Below, in pieces: positions 12,561-25,536 of a DNA stretch of 64,000 bases; the first letter of the stretch is position 1; every line of letters starts with the position of its first letter. The stretch lies in NCBI GenBank assembly GCA_002633005.1, contig NMRA01000109.1:470624-534623 (forward strand), written 5' to 3'. The position numbers were made by a program, and so were the translations under genes. Below the pieces are notes generated by a model. That model made no database searches. It saw only the letters and a program-made list of their open reading frames with translations, and had not been told where the DNA came from. The DNA is from Phoronis australis. Lineage: Eukaryota > Animalia > Phoronida.

Positions 12561-13334
12561 ATTTACTGATGCATGTAAAGTATTGGTGTGGTCAGACATT
12601 TGACGGGTGGTACAGAAACCAAACTACATTTTCTATGATTCCGTCTTAATTTAAAAGGATTATCTGATTTTTATAGAATTAGAAGCATCAGTGGGAAAAT
12701 TAATTATCAATCCTTGTGTTAGCATTGTACCAACTACAGTGTAGTAATGACATACTCTTTTTGTAAAAATTGTAAAGAACATTTATTTTTTGTAGTAGAA
12801 ATCATGTTTAGGCGCACGTTATACTGTTGCAGAACATTTCAACGGAAACAGTCCGATTGGGAACAAGTGAGCAGCCCTTAAAAGTGTCATTAGATTTTGG
12901 CCACTCGAGTAGCGAGAATCGAGTGAGTGACCCTTAAATCAGACCGGCAGCCCAAAACAATTAGCACACATCAAAGAGTTACCAACATCAGACCATAGAA
13001 GCACTAAGAGTTCACCTCCTACACAAATATGGACGTCTTCCGTTGTCTGCACTCTGGGTGCGAGCCCTGGGGCCCTTACAAGGGACCCAAAAATGAGATA
13101 CATTATATATTCAAGGTACCGGCCAAAACTGACCATAGTACCACATTGAAAACCGAATGGCCCCCGATAGACAAATTGCACTCTGGAATACGTCCGGTAG
13201 AAACCAAAAGTATCCCCCAAAAATGAGCTAACTCATACATTCGAGGTAATGCAAAAACAAAACCTTGTGATTCAATACACGTCATTCATCACTAAATGTC
13301 CCATGACAGACAAAATGCACTTTGACTTAAACCC

Positions 13335-13512
13335 TCCAGAACCGAGTAGTCCTCGTTTCTGAAGTGTTCATAACACAAAATCACAACATCGTGTGATCGC
13401 GGTACCCAAACTCTCTTAACAGCGATGATCCGCTTCTTCCTGAGGTCCTTATCCTTAGGAAACTTGTATCCCTACCTCGTTGAGGCATAAAGGCACACAG
13501 CATCTTACAGGC
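13335..13512 (-). pseudogene. Degenerate THAP zinc-finger fragment (DNA transposon remnant)
   Basis: RCCVPLCLN/(frameshift)/YKFPKDKDLRKKRIIAVKRVWVP...LCYEHFRNEDY shows the C2CH THAP signature. Confidence 0.75.
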
Positions 13513-14015
13513 TTTCTTATTTACGTAGATATATTACAAAACAAGGCGCTGATATCTCTCTTTAGCTCCGGCTGTAAACAGTGTTTATCGTAATCTATTT
13601 TGCCCGGGGTACGCCACGAGCTATGTTGCAGAGTAAAACAAGAGGAGGATTGAGAATATTGTCATTTATTATGACGTAATAGATAAAACTAACTAAGACT
13701 CTGCAAGATGGGCATGCAAAAAACGCCCACCGGCGTGTACAATGAATAGCCCTGCAAGAGGGAACAAAACAAAAAAACTGCATGAAGGGCTTAAAGGAAA
13801 AGTACAGAACATGAAAACAAAACTTGAAAGAAAAAAAAAAAAAAAACCTAACAGGAAATGTATACGAGCGAAGAGAAAGTGGAACCGACACCCGGGATGG
13901 GGGGTGGGGAAAAAATGAAGAGAACGAACGTAGGTCTTGTAGATGACGAGGTAGGTGGCTGAATGAGAGACCACGTTGAACAGAACAAAGGAAATATGGG
14001 CGACCAATCAGGAGT

Positions 14016-14363
14016 NNNNNNNNNNNNNNNNNNNNNNNNNNNNNNNNNNNNNNNNNNNNNNNNNNNNNNNNNNNNNNNNNNNNNNNNNNNNNNNNNNNNN
14101 NNNNNNNNNNNNNNNNNNNNNNNNNNNNNNNNNNNNNNNNNNNNNNNNNNNNNNNNNNNNNNNNNNNNNNNNNNNNNNNNNNNNNNNNNNNNNNNNNNNN
14201 NNNNNNNNNNNNNNNNNNNNNNNNNNNNNNNNNNNNNNNNNNNNNNNNNNNNNNNNNNNNNNNNNNNNNNNNNNNNNNNNNNNNNNNNNNNNNNNNNNNN
14301 NNNNNNNNNNNNNNNNNNNNNNNNNNNNNNNNNNNNNNNNNNNNNNNNNNNNNNNNNNNNNNN
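14016..14363. other. Assembly gap
   Basis: Run of N. Confidence 1.
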
Positions 14364-14364
14364 T

Positions 14365-14713
14365 TCAAGAAGCCTGGGGAAGAGGAAAAGCAGACATGCG
14401 AATGTAGTTTTTTAGTGCGTCAGATTTCCAGCGCCCCATGCGCTGGATCACCGGTTCAGGGACGCCCCGGCTGGCCGCAGAGGTGGCGGCGCCAATGCGA
14501 AAGCTATGAGACGTATAAGCCTTGGTGTCGAGTCCTACAAAGGAAACCACTTTAGTTAACATGGAGTTGAAGCAGGAACGGGTAACCGGTGATCCACTGA
14601 GGTGTTGGAACAAGGGGCCAGGAGAAGGCTGAAAAGTAGACAAGTACAAGGTTAGGGCAGCTAGTGGGCAATGGGGAGATTGGCTGGACGGAATTGTAAG
14701 TGGTAAAATGGTG
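14365..14713 (-). mobile_element. Tyrosine recombinase C-terminus of a DIRS/Ngaro-type retrotransposon
   Basis: Stop-free CPLAAL..GPLF..HSFRIGAATSAA..IQRMGRWKSDALKNYIR. The H-x-x-R motif and catalytic Tyr are present. Confidence 0.9.
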
Positions 14714-14819
14714 GTCTCGCGAAATCTCGCGAGAAATGCACACTGATAAATATTGCCTCTATAAGCACTCGACCGCCCCATTGCATGCACTCGCGGTCAA
14801 GGATTTGTAACTGGTTACA

Positions 14820-14976
14820 GCGGGCGTGCGTTCAGTAACGCTAGGACCTACGCTAGGACCCAGCTAAAATCTAGTTTTAGTCACGTACTCTCACTTAAAT
14901 TACACGGAAATATATCACGTAATCTCGCGAAGTCTTGCTTTTTAACGAGGTCCTAGCGTTACTGAACGGGAGCCGG
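14820..14976. mobile_element. Short MITE (Tourist/Harbinger-like)
   Basis: Perfect 21-bp inverted repeat CGTTCAGTAACGCTAGGACCT at 14829-14849 and 14948-14968. Confidence 0.7.
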
Positions 14977-15669
14977 GTATGCTTTGTCCTGTGTTGCGCT
15001 GACTTTGTGGTCGCGAGAAGGATTACTGCTTCAAGCAAAGGGTACGATTATCAGAAATAGTCATTAAAACCGTTAACACTTCTAATGAAAAGGCAGAAAA
15101 GACCCAGGATGGTTCATACACAACCAGAGGGTTGTGGCCACATGTCCTCCCAAAACGCCTTGGGGGTCATGCAAATATGAGGCAGAATATTGATAACCAC
15201 ATCAGCACACGCTGTCAATGGTCAGGGGGATCTAGAAACCAAAATCTGTTTCGATGGGAGGGACTCAATACCCATGTGACACATCCCTTGTTTTTCACCT
15301 GTTTTGCATTCTTCTCATGTACCCCCTGGTATGGGTCAAAACTTATTTAGCCCCCACCTGATTTTTAACTGTTTTGCACTCTTCCCATGTACCCACTTCC
15401 TCTGGCATCTGAGGCAACTTACCCTAAACCCCCTGGAACAATCACTACAACTTTGCAGTGCATGGAGGTACAGTGTATGAAATGTAATCAGGAACGGCAA
15501 TTTGCCTTATTAGAACTCCAACATAAAGCAAAATCATTGCTTTTGAAGGAAGTTTCAGGAGAATGAAAGCAAAAATCTTACTGTCTATTACACTTTTATT
15601 GACTAAAACATACGTATTCATGCTCACTTGATTATACGTGAATGTATATATTCGTATTTTACTCATATA

Positions 15670-18470
15670 ATCGCACCGTAATGGAATGTGGACATAGAGA
15701 AGCTCTGGTTAGCAAAACGACAAGCCACAAAGAAATGGCAACGAATGCGAAAAAGTGTGGCTTCTGTTACTGTTAAAAATAAAGTACGGTGTGAGCAGAT
15801 GAAAACGGCTACTGAGGAATTCAAAGATCAAGTAAAAACTGCCTAGGCTGAAAGATGGCAGAAATTCTGTTATGAAGTTTCACGGGACAGGGCACTGATC
15901 AAATTCTGGAAGTTACATACGAGCATGAACAGGCAGATTGATTCCACCACCATCTGAAACGTGCACCTGAGAATGGAACGCTACTAGTGACTGATGAAAG
16001 CAAAGGAATGGCCTTTTTTTAGAAAGGTGCATTAATCAGATCAGAGAAATCTGGAGCAACGCAAGAGCACAAAAGCGGTACTCACTGAGCTTGCTTCGAC
16101 TGACGAGGTGCCGTTCACTATTACGGTAGAATATCTTCGCAGCACCCTCAAGACAGCCCCAGGACCAGACAGAGTGGAATATGACGCCATCCGAGAACTT
16201 GATGATGCAGAACTTGAAGAGCTGTCCTTTTTGTACCAAGAAAGCTAAGAGAAAGGTATAATTTTCTAGGATTGGCTACACAGCTTCTTGGCTGTGCTTC
16301 CTAAGCCTGCTGAATGGCTATAGAATAATAACAATGCAAAATACAATTGGCAAACTTATGTAGCGCATTGTAGCCCGAGAACTTGCATGGGACCTGGAGA
16401 ATAGGAAGCTACTTACACAAACTCTTGGAAGCTACGGGACCGGGAAGGTCACATGGGCCAATGTGGCCATTTTCTCGTATGATGTATATGAAGCATTCCA
16501 AAGGAAGAAAGATACTCTGGCAGTGGTAATTGACCTCGAGGACGCTTATAATCGTGTATCTTACGAGAAGTTGATGAACCTGCTTCTGGATTGACCTATC
16601 GCCAGGATTATGACTGACGGCTCTAACTGACCAATCAGAACGTAGTATTCCTGACGCACCTTCGTCTGCGTTTCCAAGCCGCCATTGTACCCGACAAACA
16701 ACACGTTGTCGGTAAAGCTTATTTTAGTCTATAGCTCAAGAAATTGTGCAATAAGAATGGTGAAACGGTGTTGAGATGGCGTGTGTAATTCTCACATAGC
16801 CGTTATATACCTCGAGAAGAATATCCCGTCCCTTTTTGTGCATTCCCTAAGCCGGAAAGTAATGTCCACTGTGTAAACGATGGATCAAACTGTGTGGACA
16901 GCCACACGAGCAGCTAAACATCATTAACTTGGCAATGTTGCTGGATTACGCGAAGGTTAAACACAAATACAGTTGTTCCACATTTCAGTTTGGTGGCTAT
17001 CTGATTTTGGCTCTGGAGTTTCACTCGTCTGGGCGCCTTTGTCTCGACTTCTGCTGGACATCCCAGCACTAGTCTTGTCCCCGGAAATTGTTGTTTTTAA
17101 GGACAACTTTTATTATTTTTCATTTATTTCGACCTGTAATCAGTGGACATCGTTTTGTTTCGTAGCAGAGGTACATTTTCTGTTATCTATATATGCGTAG
17201 GCTGGCGTTCAACCGAACTTCTCACCAAAATTGACAGATTCGATCGGCACAGGGAGGGGCATTAGATTATTGAACTCAAAGCCTCGTTCGAGCTGTTGTC
17301 ATGAAAAAATAAACAGTTGAATTACTTTTTAGAACCTCTAGTATATACACTACGCCTGTAGAGTTAGGAAGAGTTCATTTTGTAGTTGGTCAAACATGAT
17401 ACTTGGATTTATGAAGCTTTAAAAACAATTTCAGTTAATTTTGTAAATGGCCATTTTTGCCAGTACACCAGGCTTGTCATCTTTTGTAACCCTGCCACAA
17501 CTTAGTGATCATGCTACTTTTAAAGTTAAATGAAAGCTACCGTTATGCAACGAAACAACAAAAATGTGAAGTTCATCAGAAGGTTGGCCTAATTACTTAA
17601 ATGTCTTTATGGTGCATTGAATTACGGCCAATTCCATGCATTAATTTAACTTAGACACAGCCCTAGACCTACTGGAGCTAACTGCTTTCCTAGGACAAGA
17701 CTAGAATGTGCCTGAGCTATGAACCCGATTTTTTTAATCAAAATATTTCGCTCGAAGATTAGAAAAGTATATACAGTGTTATCGACTCGACCTTACTTGG
17801 AGAATCCCATCAGTTGTGGCCTCCGTACTTTTCATTTGGCGGAATTTAGCAGACGGCAGAATGATAAAAATATCGGCGAATCTTCACTGATTTTGTTCGA
17901 AATATCCTGAAATATATGATATCGTACAGATAATTCGACTTTAAGGTACATACCCAGTTTTACATTAACATATTGCATCAGAGGCCTTTTGGCCCTTGTG
18001 TCAGTTTTTAAGTGAAGGTGAATCCCGTGTGGGGTTCTTCGGATTTTCGCTGGCTCCGAAATACTTTTCCTCGAACACTTAATTCATCATTGTGGCCTTT
18101 ACAAATTCCCAAATGATGAAAGTACGATTCTCAGCTGAAAAGCATCGCATGTTGCCTTTGTCAAAGCGTTTTCGGAAAGTGCAAAATACACTCATCAATT
18201 CCACCAGAAACGTGATTTAGGCGCCAGTGTATTTGCCTTTGACATCTTGTTCGTTTGTCGGGTGTCACGTGACTTTTTGCAAGGGGGCGGAGCTTGCGAT
18301 AGGTCAATTGTGAGGTCAACCATTACTTCATCAACTGAATAACCGCTGCATTGATGGAACGAACAGTGGCACTGAGGTTGGGCTCGTGGCTCTCTGACCC
18401 TATGAGACTGAATCCTGGACTTTCGCAGGATCATCTTTGTCCCCGGTACTATACAATGTGTATACAGCCA
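15670..18470 (+). mobile_element. Ingi/I-group LINE reverse transcriptase remnant, split by an insertion at 16592-18306
   Basis: APGPDRVEY..DWLHSFLAVLPKP..YRIITMQNTIGKLM..AVVIDLEDAYNRVSYEKLMNLLLD, resuming after the insertion as CEVNHYF..GLSQ..LSPVLYNVYT. Contains stops and frameshifts. Confidence 0.8.
16592..18306 (+). mobile_element. ISL2EU/Harbinger-related DNA transposon derivative with THAP remnant
   Basis: TIR TGACCTATCGC/GCGATAGGTCA and 2-bp TSD AT (16590-16591, 18307-18308). Degenerate MVKRC*DGVCNS..FCAFPKP..CKRWIKLCGQPHEQLN starts at 16757. Confidence 0.8.
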
Positions 18471-18859
18471 GGCTGGCCGGGATCAATATTGAAAACGGAG
18501 GATTCTCACATTTGCAGATGACGCGCTTGCCAGTTCGGAAACTGTCGCGCATGAGTTTTTACTACGGATGGAGAAAAATCTTGTAAATAAGCCACCAGCA
18601 TCATGTATGGCTTAGGTATTGCTGCAGCTTTCGAAAATGTTACTTTTAAAGTCATGGAATTCGTTGACCCCGTACCTGTATATCTGATGGACTTAGTAGA
18701 TGCTGGGGCACGCACTTTACAAGCGGTACTCTGTGGTAAATGAACACAAGGAAATTGATGAGCGGGTGCGTACAATCATTTATCCCATCTCCTCTCTTTG
18801 GAATTGCACCATGAACTTCTTTTAAAGTTAAAGAAAGAGAATAATTTATTTAGAACCTG

Positions 18860-20100
18860 ACTCATGCCGATGGCTTAGCCCTCCTAATCACCAATGGCAA
18901 TTAGGATTGAGTGAGGCGCTGGGGTCAACGTGATACTGAACTGGCCAACCAAAGCGGTAGCATTCACTGACAGGGAACCTGAAGTCTTACTGTTTACTCA
19001 TCAACATTTAATACTGTCTTTCCATGGTTGAATGGGAGGAAACTGTATCCAGGAAGGCTATACTCATCAAAGTTGTTCAAGACAGCAAACTCACTAAGAA
19101 TCATCGTTTAAGCCAAATAATTAGAAAGGCTGGAATTGTATTTATGCTGTGTAGGCATCTTACGCGTATGGGCAAATTGTGGGGTTTAAACCCAAAACCA
19201 TTACGTGGATGGACACTACTACGATAAGAGCGCTTTTATTTTACGCAAGGGTGGCTTGGGAGAGTGGAATTGAAAACCTGCGCCTTAAGAATTTTCTTCA
19301 AACGGTGCAACATTTAGTTTGTCTTGTGATAAGATCGGCACTTCCTAGCACCTCACTGAGAGCAAGGAGGGTGTTGAATATAGAATCGATAGATGATTTC
19401 ATGACGGCCCAGGCAGTCTAAGGCTCCTTTGGTGAGGACCAAGCAGGACTCTGGAATTCCAAGCCAGTGGGTGAGCTACATCAGGGATAACAAAGAGGCG
19501 GTTTAAGACCTTTGAAAGAAACTTTGAATGTCTTACACTAAAATAACCGTGCTGTCGATTATAAAAGAAACATTGATGTACGCTACATGTACTGTATATA
19601 AAAATTACGGTGATGGTTGAAGTTTGGTGAAGGGTTGGTGCGGTTTTTCGTATTGAATACTTGACTGAAAAATCTCTTACTCTGGGAAACAGGCAATTTC
19701 TAAAGGTGCAGAAGAACTGCTTGAAAAGGAAAACCAAAAAAAACTGTAGGTATCCTGTCCGACAGCCAGGCAGATATTAAAACCCTGTGAATATTGTTGT
19801 TAAATCAAACATTGTTCAGCAATGTATGGCTAACCTTGATATCTTAGCTGAATATAACCGTGTGATAGAAACCTGGACGTCTGGACACACTGGTATCCAC
19901 TTCAATTTTAAGGACCTGAACCAATATTGCCCTTCCTGCATTTTAGGAATAAGTGATTGGTCATTGAAACGATGGAAAACATCTTGGACTAACAGAAGTG
20001 TCTCCACTAAGATTTTAAGTGTGACCAGGTCTCAATTCTGAAGAACTTTCCTCACAACTCATAAGTGTTGCACTGGTAAAAAACAACACTACGGCGGAGA
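18860..20100 (+). mobile_element. Loa/I-group LINE remnant (RT C-terminus plus RNase H)
   Basis: KPKTITWM..LLFYARVAW..VQHLVCLVIRSALPST, then ILSDSQA..VQQCMANLDILAEYNRVIETWTSGHTGI (SDS and W..GH RNase H motifs). Heavily decayed. Confidence 0.7.
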
Positions 20101-20900
20101 GGGTCTTCCAACCATCATGTATAACCCCGCTAACAGAAATATATTTTCTTTTATTCTTTGGCTTGCTTCTTAGCAACATGTATACTAAAAGCTATTTTAA
20201 TCTCTTAAGCTTTATTAATCGATTTCCTCTTTGAGGCACATGACAATGGTGGGATCTTATTAAGTGACACTCACTTCCAACACCGCAAATAGGCTTCCAG
20301 ATTTATCTCCCTTGTCACAAGATGAATGCAGCCAAATTATTTGTACCACTTATATCTAGTAGTCTTATATGCTAATCTCATTATAAGTACGCAATTTAAA
20401 ATCACACTTTATAATCCGTACTCATACATTGTATTTTGGCCAAAAAGAAATGCGATTAACCTCACTTATTGCATGCAATTTACCTGTTTTTATACTGGAA
20501 AATTGCTATTTTCAGTATGCAAAAACCTGTCAATTCCTTCGTAAACCTTCGAAGGTCTATAGCTAAAAATTAAGAGGCCAATACATGTAAGTGCAAAATA
20601 GGCAATTTTTTTAATCACAGCAACATTATGATCAAATGCAAACAGTTAAAGCTGAATTTGAAAAATGTCCCTAAAATAATTGATTTCTTTTGATTTTCTC
20701 GTGGATTGGCTCTTAATGAATTCGAAGCTTGACGAATTCTATTTGACTGGAACCTTAGACTGAAACGCGTTTCACCCAAACAGTGGAGTGTAAACGAGGA
20801 CCATATTGTTGCACCCCTGGAATTCGTACATGTAGTTTTAGGTATCTGCTCTTATAAAAACGAGATAATTAATTTTTACATGGTGCATTTACATTTTCAG

Positions 20901-21052
20901 CGTTTGTATTTATTGGAGTAGGCGCGGTCTTTGTCCTTGTCGTGATAACCATTTTCAAAGCTACGCGCCAGATGAAAGCTGACGGTGACGACATCGACAG
21001 CGACGGCGGTGAGTCGTCCGAACCTGTGTCACAGAATTCCCAATTACAATAG
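20901..21052 (+). CDS. Terminal exon of SEA membrane protein: transmembrane helix and short acidic cytoplasmic tail
   Basis: Acceptor ACATTTTCAG, phase 1. Encodes FVFIGVGAVFVLVVITIF-KATRQMKADGDDIDSDGGESSEPVSQNSQLQ* with TAG at 21050-21052. Confidence 0.75.
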
Positions 21053-21165
21053 GTTAAACTCGGAACGAAGAGGTACTTCTGAAAGCAAGTCTACGGACAA
21101 GAGTAAAGTCAATTGAACTACGGAATAGACATCATGTAATCACTTTTATTATTAATATAAAGCAA

Positions 21166-21171
21166 AATAAA
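21166..21171 (+). terminator. Candidate polyadenylation signal of SEA gene
   Basis: AATAAA about 115 nt after the stop codon. Confidence 0.5.
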
Positions 21172-21269
21172 GTTTGTTAACCAGCAGAAATGGGTGTTCA
21201 AACATTTTAACCAAACATTTAAAGAGTGCGAATTGCCAAAAGAAACGTCTTGAAACGTGAAGTTAATCA

Positions 21270-22757
21270 TTATGCGCCCACATATTTATATGTGGACGCA
21301 TTATGCCGTCATGTCCGTCCGTCCGTCCGGCGTCCGGCGTCCGCTGCTCTATCTCTAAAACCCTTTGACATACATTCATGAAATTTGGCACATATGTTCC
21401 ATTCATGAATGGGACGGCATGTGCGAACTTTCGGACGGATCCGACTACCGGTGGACCCCTAGTGGCAATTTTAGTTTTTTACGCTTACATTTGTATCTTC
21501 AAAAGTCGTGAACGGATTTTTATGAAATTTGGTGTGCAGGCACCTATTAGTGAGATGACGCTATCCTCCCATTTTCAGATGGATTCGACATAGTTTGCGC
21601 CACCTAGTGGCCATTTTAGTGTTTTTGAGTCTGTTTTTTGTGCGTCCACACCTCTATCAACCAAACCGCTCAAAGGATGATTGTGAAAATTGGCATGTAT
21701 ATGCTTACTATGTAGAGGACGGTTGACGATGATTTTCCGACGATTTCAACTACTGTGGCGCCTCCTAGTGGCAGTTTTGTTTTTTTTTTGCTTCTATGGA
21801 TGTATCTCCTAAATCTTTCGCAGGATCTTTACGAAATTGTGTAAGTATATTTATATGATGTTAACAATGGGAGATGACGACTTTTGGACGGATCCGACTG
21901 GCGGCGTGCCCCCTAGTGGAAGTTTTAATTTTGTACACTTACCTTTGTATCTTCAAAAGTCCTGAACGGATTTTCATGAAATTTGGTATGTAGGCACCTA
22001 TTAGTGAGATGACGCTATATTTCCGTTTTCAGATGGATTCGACATAGTTTGCGCCACCTAGTGGCCATTTTTACTGTTTTCGAGTCTGTATTTTTGCGTC
22101 CACCCCTCTATCAACCAAACCACTCTAAGTATGATTGTGAAAATTGGCATGTATGTTCTTACTATGAAGAGGACGATTGACGCTGAATTTCCCATGACTT
22201 TGATTTCTGTGGCGCCTCGTAGTGGCATTTTTTATGCGCCCATGGCTATATCTCCCAAACCGTTTGCAGGATCTTTACTAAATTTAGCAAGTGTATTTAT
22301 GTGATGTTGACAACGGACGATGACGATGATTCTGACTACCGGTATGCCTCTAGTGGCAATTTAAGTGTTTTACATTCACCTCTGTATTTTCATAGGTCTT
22401 CAGGTGTATACTTTGTGTTACTTCGTGACTATGAAGGAAAAGTTCCAAGTAGAAATTTGTTTCTGGCATTCTAATGCTGTGCTAATCTCGTATGTTGGTA
22501 AATTTGTTTTTAATTCTATGTTTCTGCGGTGCTTTAAGCAACTGATGTATAAGATGTGCTTGTATTATGAAGATCACTCACATTTTGCCCCTAGCCTGTT
22601 GAGGAGACAATGACCATGCCTTTCCATTTTGCAAAGTACAACATACTACATATATGCCCTCTACTGGCCACTTTATGGTACCAATAAACAACCCTAGAAG
22701 GATACCGTATACGGTGCAATTGTGGGCGCATTTCAACGCTCTGCGTTGCTCTTTTTT
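21270..22757 (+). mobile_element. HINE/DINE-1-like (non-autonomous Helentron-type) element, copy 1, with internal tandem array
   Basis: 5' hairpin TGCGCCCACATAT..ATATGTGGACGCA, (GTCC)n microsatellite, internal subunits of about 150 bp, second sub-TIR TGTGGGCGCA, 3' stem-loop CAACGC-tct-GCGTTG and a T-run. Confidence 0.85.
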
Positions 22758-25536
22758 TGTAATGTTAGAGTTACTTGTAGTTTGAATGGAATGTGATTTT
22801 TTTCATTCAACAGTTAGTTCTTTACGTTTTTAACGTTTATTTAGATTGCAAGCATTATTCACATCACGGTAAAGACATAACAATAGTAGCATTGTGCAAT
22901 TATGATTGTACTTTAGCAGATATAAAAAAATACCCTTTACGCCACATACACACGTGACATTCGCAGAGACCGCATGTCTAGACTTTCAGCTAAAATTAAA
23001 TCTGCTTGACAACGTGTATTTTCAAATTTATTGAAATAGATTTCATAATTTTTTCAATTTTAAAATGATCTAGAATTCCAATGTTTACTTGACCTAAACA
23101 GGGGTAAATTCTTTAGTCTACTAATGTGAACTTTGGCTAAACAAATTATGAGATTAATAGCATCTGGTGCGCCAATTTTCACAAAAATGTCTACATGAGT
23201 TAAGTTAAGCACTATTATTTTTCTAAAAAACAATTAAAACGCTGCCAAATGGACTTGGTACTAGGATAAAGCTAATGAAGATCATATCAGTTTCCTCTTT
23301 ACAAAAAAGTGCCTTTATCCGAGTCCATAACTCCAAATTTATGTAAAAGAGAATTGCAACTTACTAGTCAATACGATAGTATAAATTGAAACCACTTCAG
23401 TTTGTAAAACAGAGAAATGGATTATATACTTTCTCCACCACTTCTCCCCTATAAAAATACATAAATGCCATTTTCCCACTTGGATTCAGGTTTGAGTTCC
23501 TTATAGTTACCGTTAATTAAGTGGGTGTAAGCTTTTTATTTGTACACTAAAACTAAGTAAGGTTCTTGGAGAATTGGGAAAATTTGTTTAGTTCTACAGA
23601 AGTACAGAAAACGAATTAGCAAACTTTACGAAATCTAGATTTTTAGGCACCGTACAATGATTGGGAACATATGCAAAAAGAATTGACAACTTTTTTGAAT
23701 CTTTAAGAACACGCACGTCACACCTCTGTTCCTATTTAGATATTTGAAATCCAGTTAACCTCTTCATTCATTCTCTAACATTCTTAAGTAGAATTTATTT
23801 ACATTTTACGAACTTTTAAAGGTTTTATTCCACATTTTGGCTTATTTTCCTTCAATATCTGTTAACCATTTCCCTTCGTTGACTACCGCAACATCTTTTG
23901 TACCCAGTTGCATAAAACTTGATATCTGGAGTATAAAGCACAATACGCCGGGTAAGTCCTTATCCGGGGCATAACTTCGTATATGTCGGATAAGTTGGGT
24001 TGTTTAAAGATCATAGTTATCCGCCATATAACTCATGCATGTACTATCTGCCGTACAAAAATACTCGACCATCAGACTTCGGATAACTACCCCTATACGA
24101 ATTGCAATGAGCAAACTGTACAAATTAGGACCCGGACAGCAGAAGTTTTAGTGTGAAATTAAAGATTCTCTTAACAAATGTGGCCAGAAAGAGCTCAGAC
24201 AGATGTTTCTCTTCGGAGAAGAGGCCATACGTTTTACAGTATAACTGTGGTCTCGTGGATGACAACATAAAGCCTGCCACGAGGAAGAATTGTTCAGTAA
24301 CAACCTTAATTCGAATGTTGGTGTGACTTACGTGTAGCTAATATGCAAGGGGCAGCTTCATGAACATGCATGGTCGGGGACGGGCACCAGTGACACGCAT
24401 GGTGGCAAGCGTCACATCAGCATAAGTGCAGGACTTGAATCGAATCGTAAGACTCCAGTATCACCCAAACGCTGAATTAGATCAAGGCCAGCTTCTACCG
24501 AATGACTCTATTCCCCGGGGCAATACTGCTAATAGGCTGTGTAAATGGAAACCTTGTAAAGATCATCGGCCCCACTGTGAATGAACCAAACTTCGCGAAT
24601 ACAAAGAATGATCACAGTCTCAACGTAATGGTGATCTCTGAGGAAAAAAGTATTGACCAACCTATGCACCTTTATAGCTACTCTTTAACAGTAGTTGACT
24701 TTGAATTTGGCAAGTCTCGATCGTTTTTCAAGTGCATTTAAAAGTGGACTCAATCTTCCGGACCAGAACGCTAACCTAATATTTACACAAAAGGAATTTT
24801 TGTTGAGGGTAGTCCACATAATTATACCTGTTATGTCTCATGGCCAAATTTTTATTTCATGGCTTGCAATCATGTTATTGTTTGGATACCGTTGCTCACT
24901 GTTGCTAACATATTATTTCCTATGTCTATTTGTAGCTATCCTTCAATCAATTCACACGAGTCGGGATCAAGTGTATATCATTGCTAACTTTTCTGCCTGG
25001 GGGTGCACCCCCATGTCCTTACACAACATAATCACAGTGTTAGATTTAGGTTACAACGTGTTTATAACGTTGCTTTAAAGTGAATGGTTCAAAGCTATTT
25101 AGTTGAAGTTAATATGTATACACGTGTGTTGAATGTTAATAAAACACGCTGCCGCTTCCCCACAAAATTTTGAGAACAGAAATTTTTCAACTTCGGCTAT
25201 CTTCGGAAACACGTCACATCAGGAACCTGACCCGATCACTGCCTAGTCTGTCCATAGGTTTGTACTTGGACTACCTGGCACAAATGGAATCTTTCTGTTT
25301 GTTAGAATCGGTTTATTATGCACCTTTTGACCATTAGTTCTCTGAAATGTGACACATATGCACATGGTCTTGTGTGTTGCCATAAACATTTTACAGTAGT
25401 TAGTAGAGAATTGACCCATCATTGCAGAGTCAGCCTGACTGAGTCCACAGTGTCTATTGCTGTGTGCCAAGAGGAGTACTTTTTTCAAATGTAGACGGAT
25501 TTTTAGATTTAAACTGGAGTAAATATTTGAAGAAGA

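Noticed and set aside
12885-13308. TGTCAT...ATGACA-bounded segment resembling a solo LTR
   Set aside because: No matching target-site duplication.
13595-14415. Long ORFs spanning the first gap
   Set aside because: Artefacts of N-runs translated as X.
21380-22400. CRISPR-like regularly spaced repeats
   Set aside because: Eukaryotic context, the spacers are themselves repeated, and there are no cas genes.
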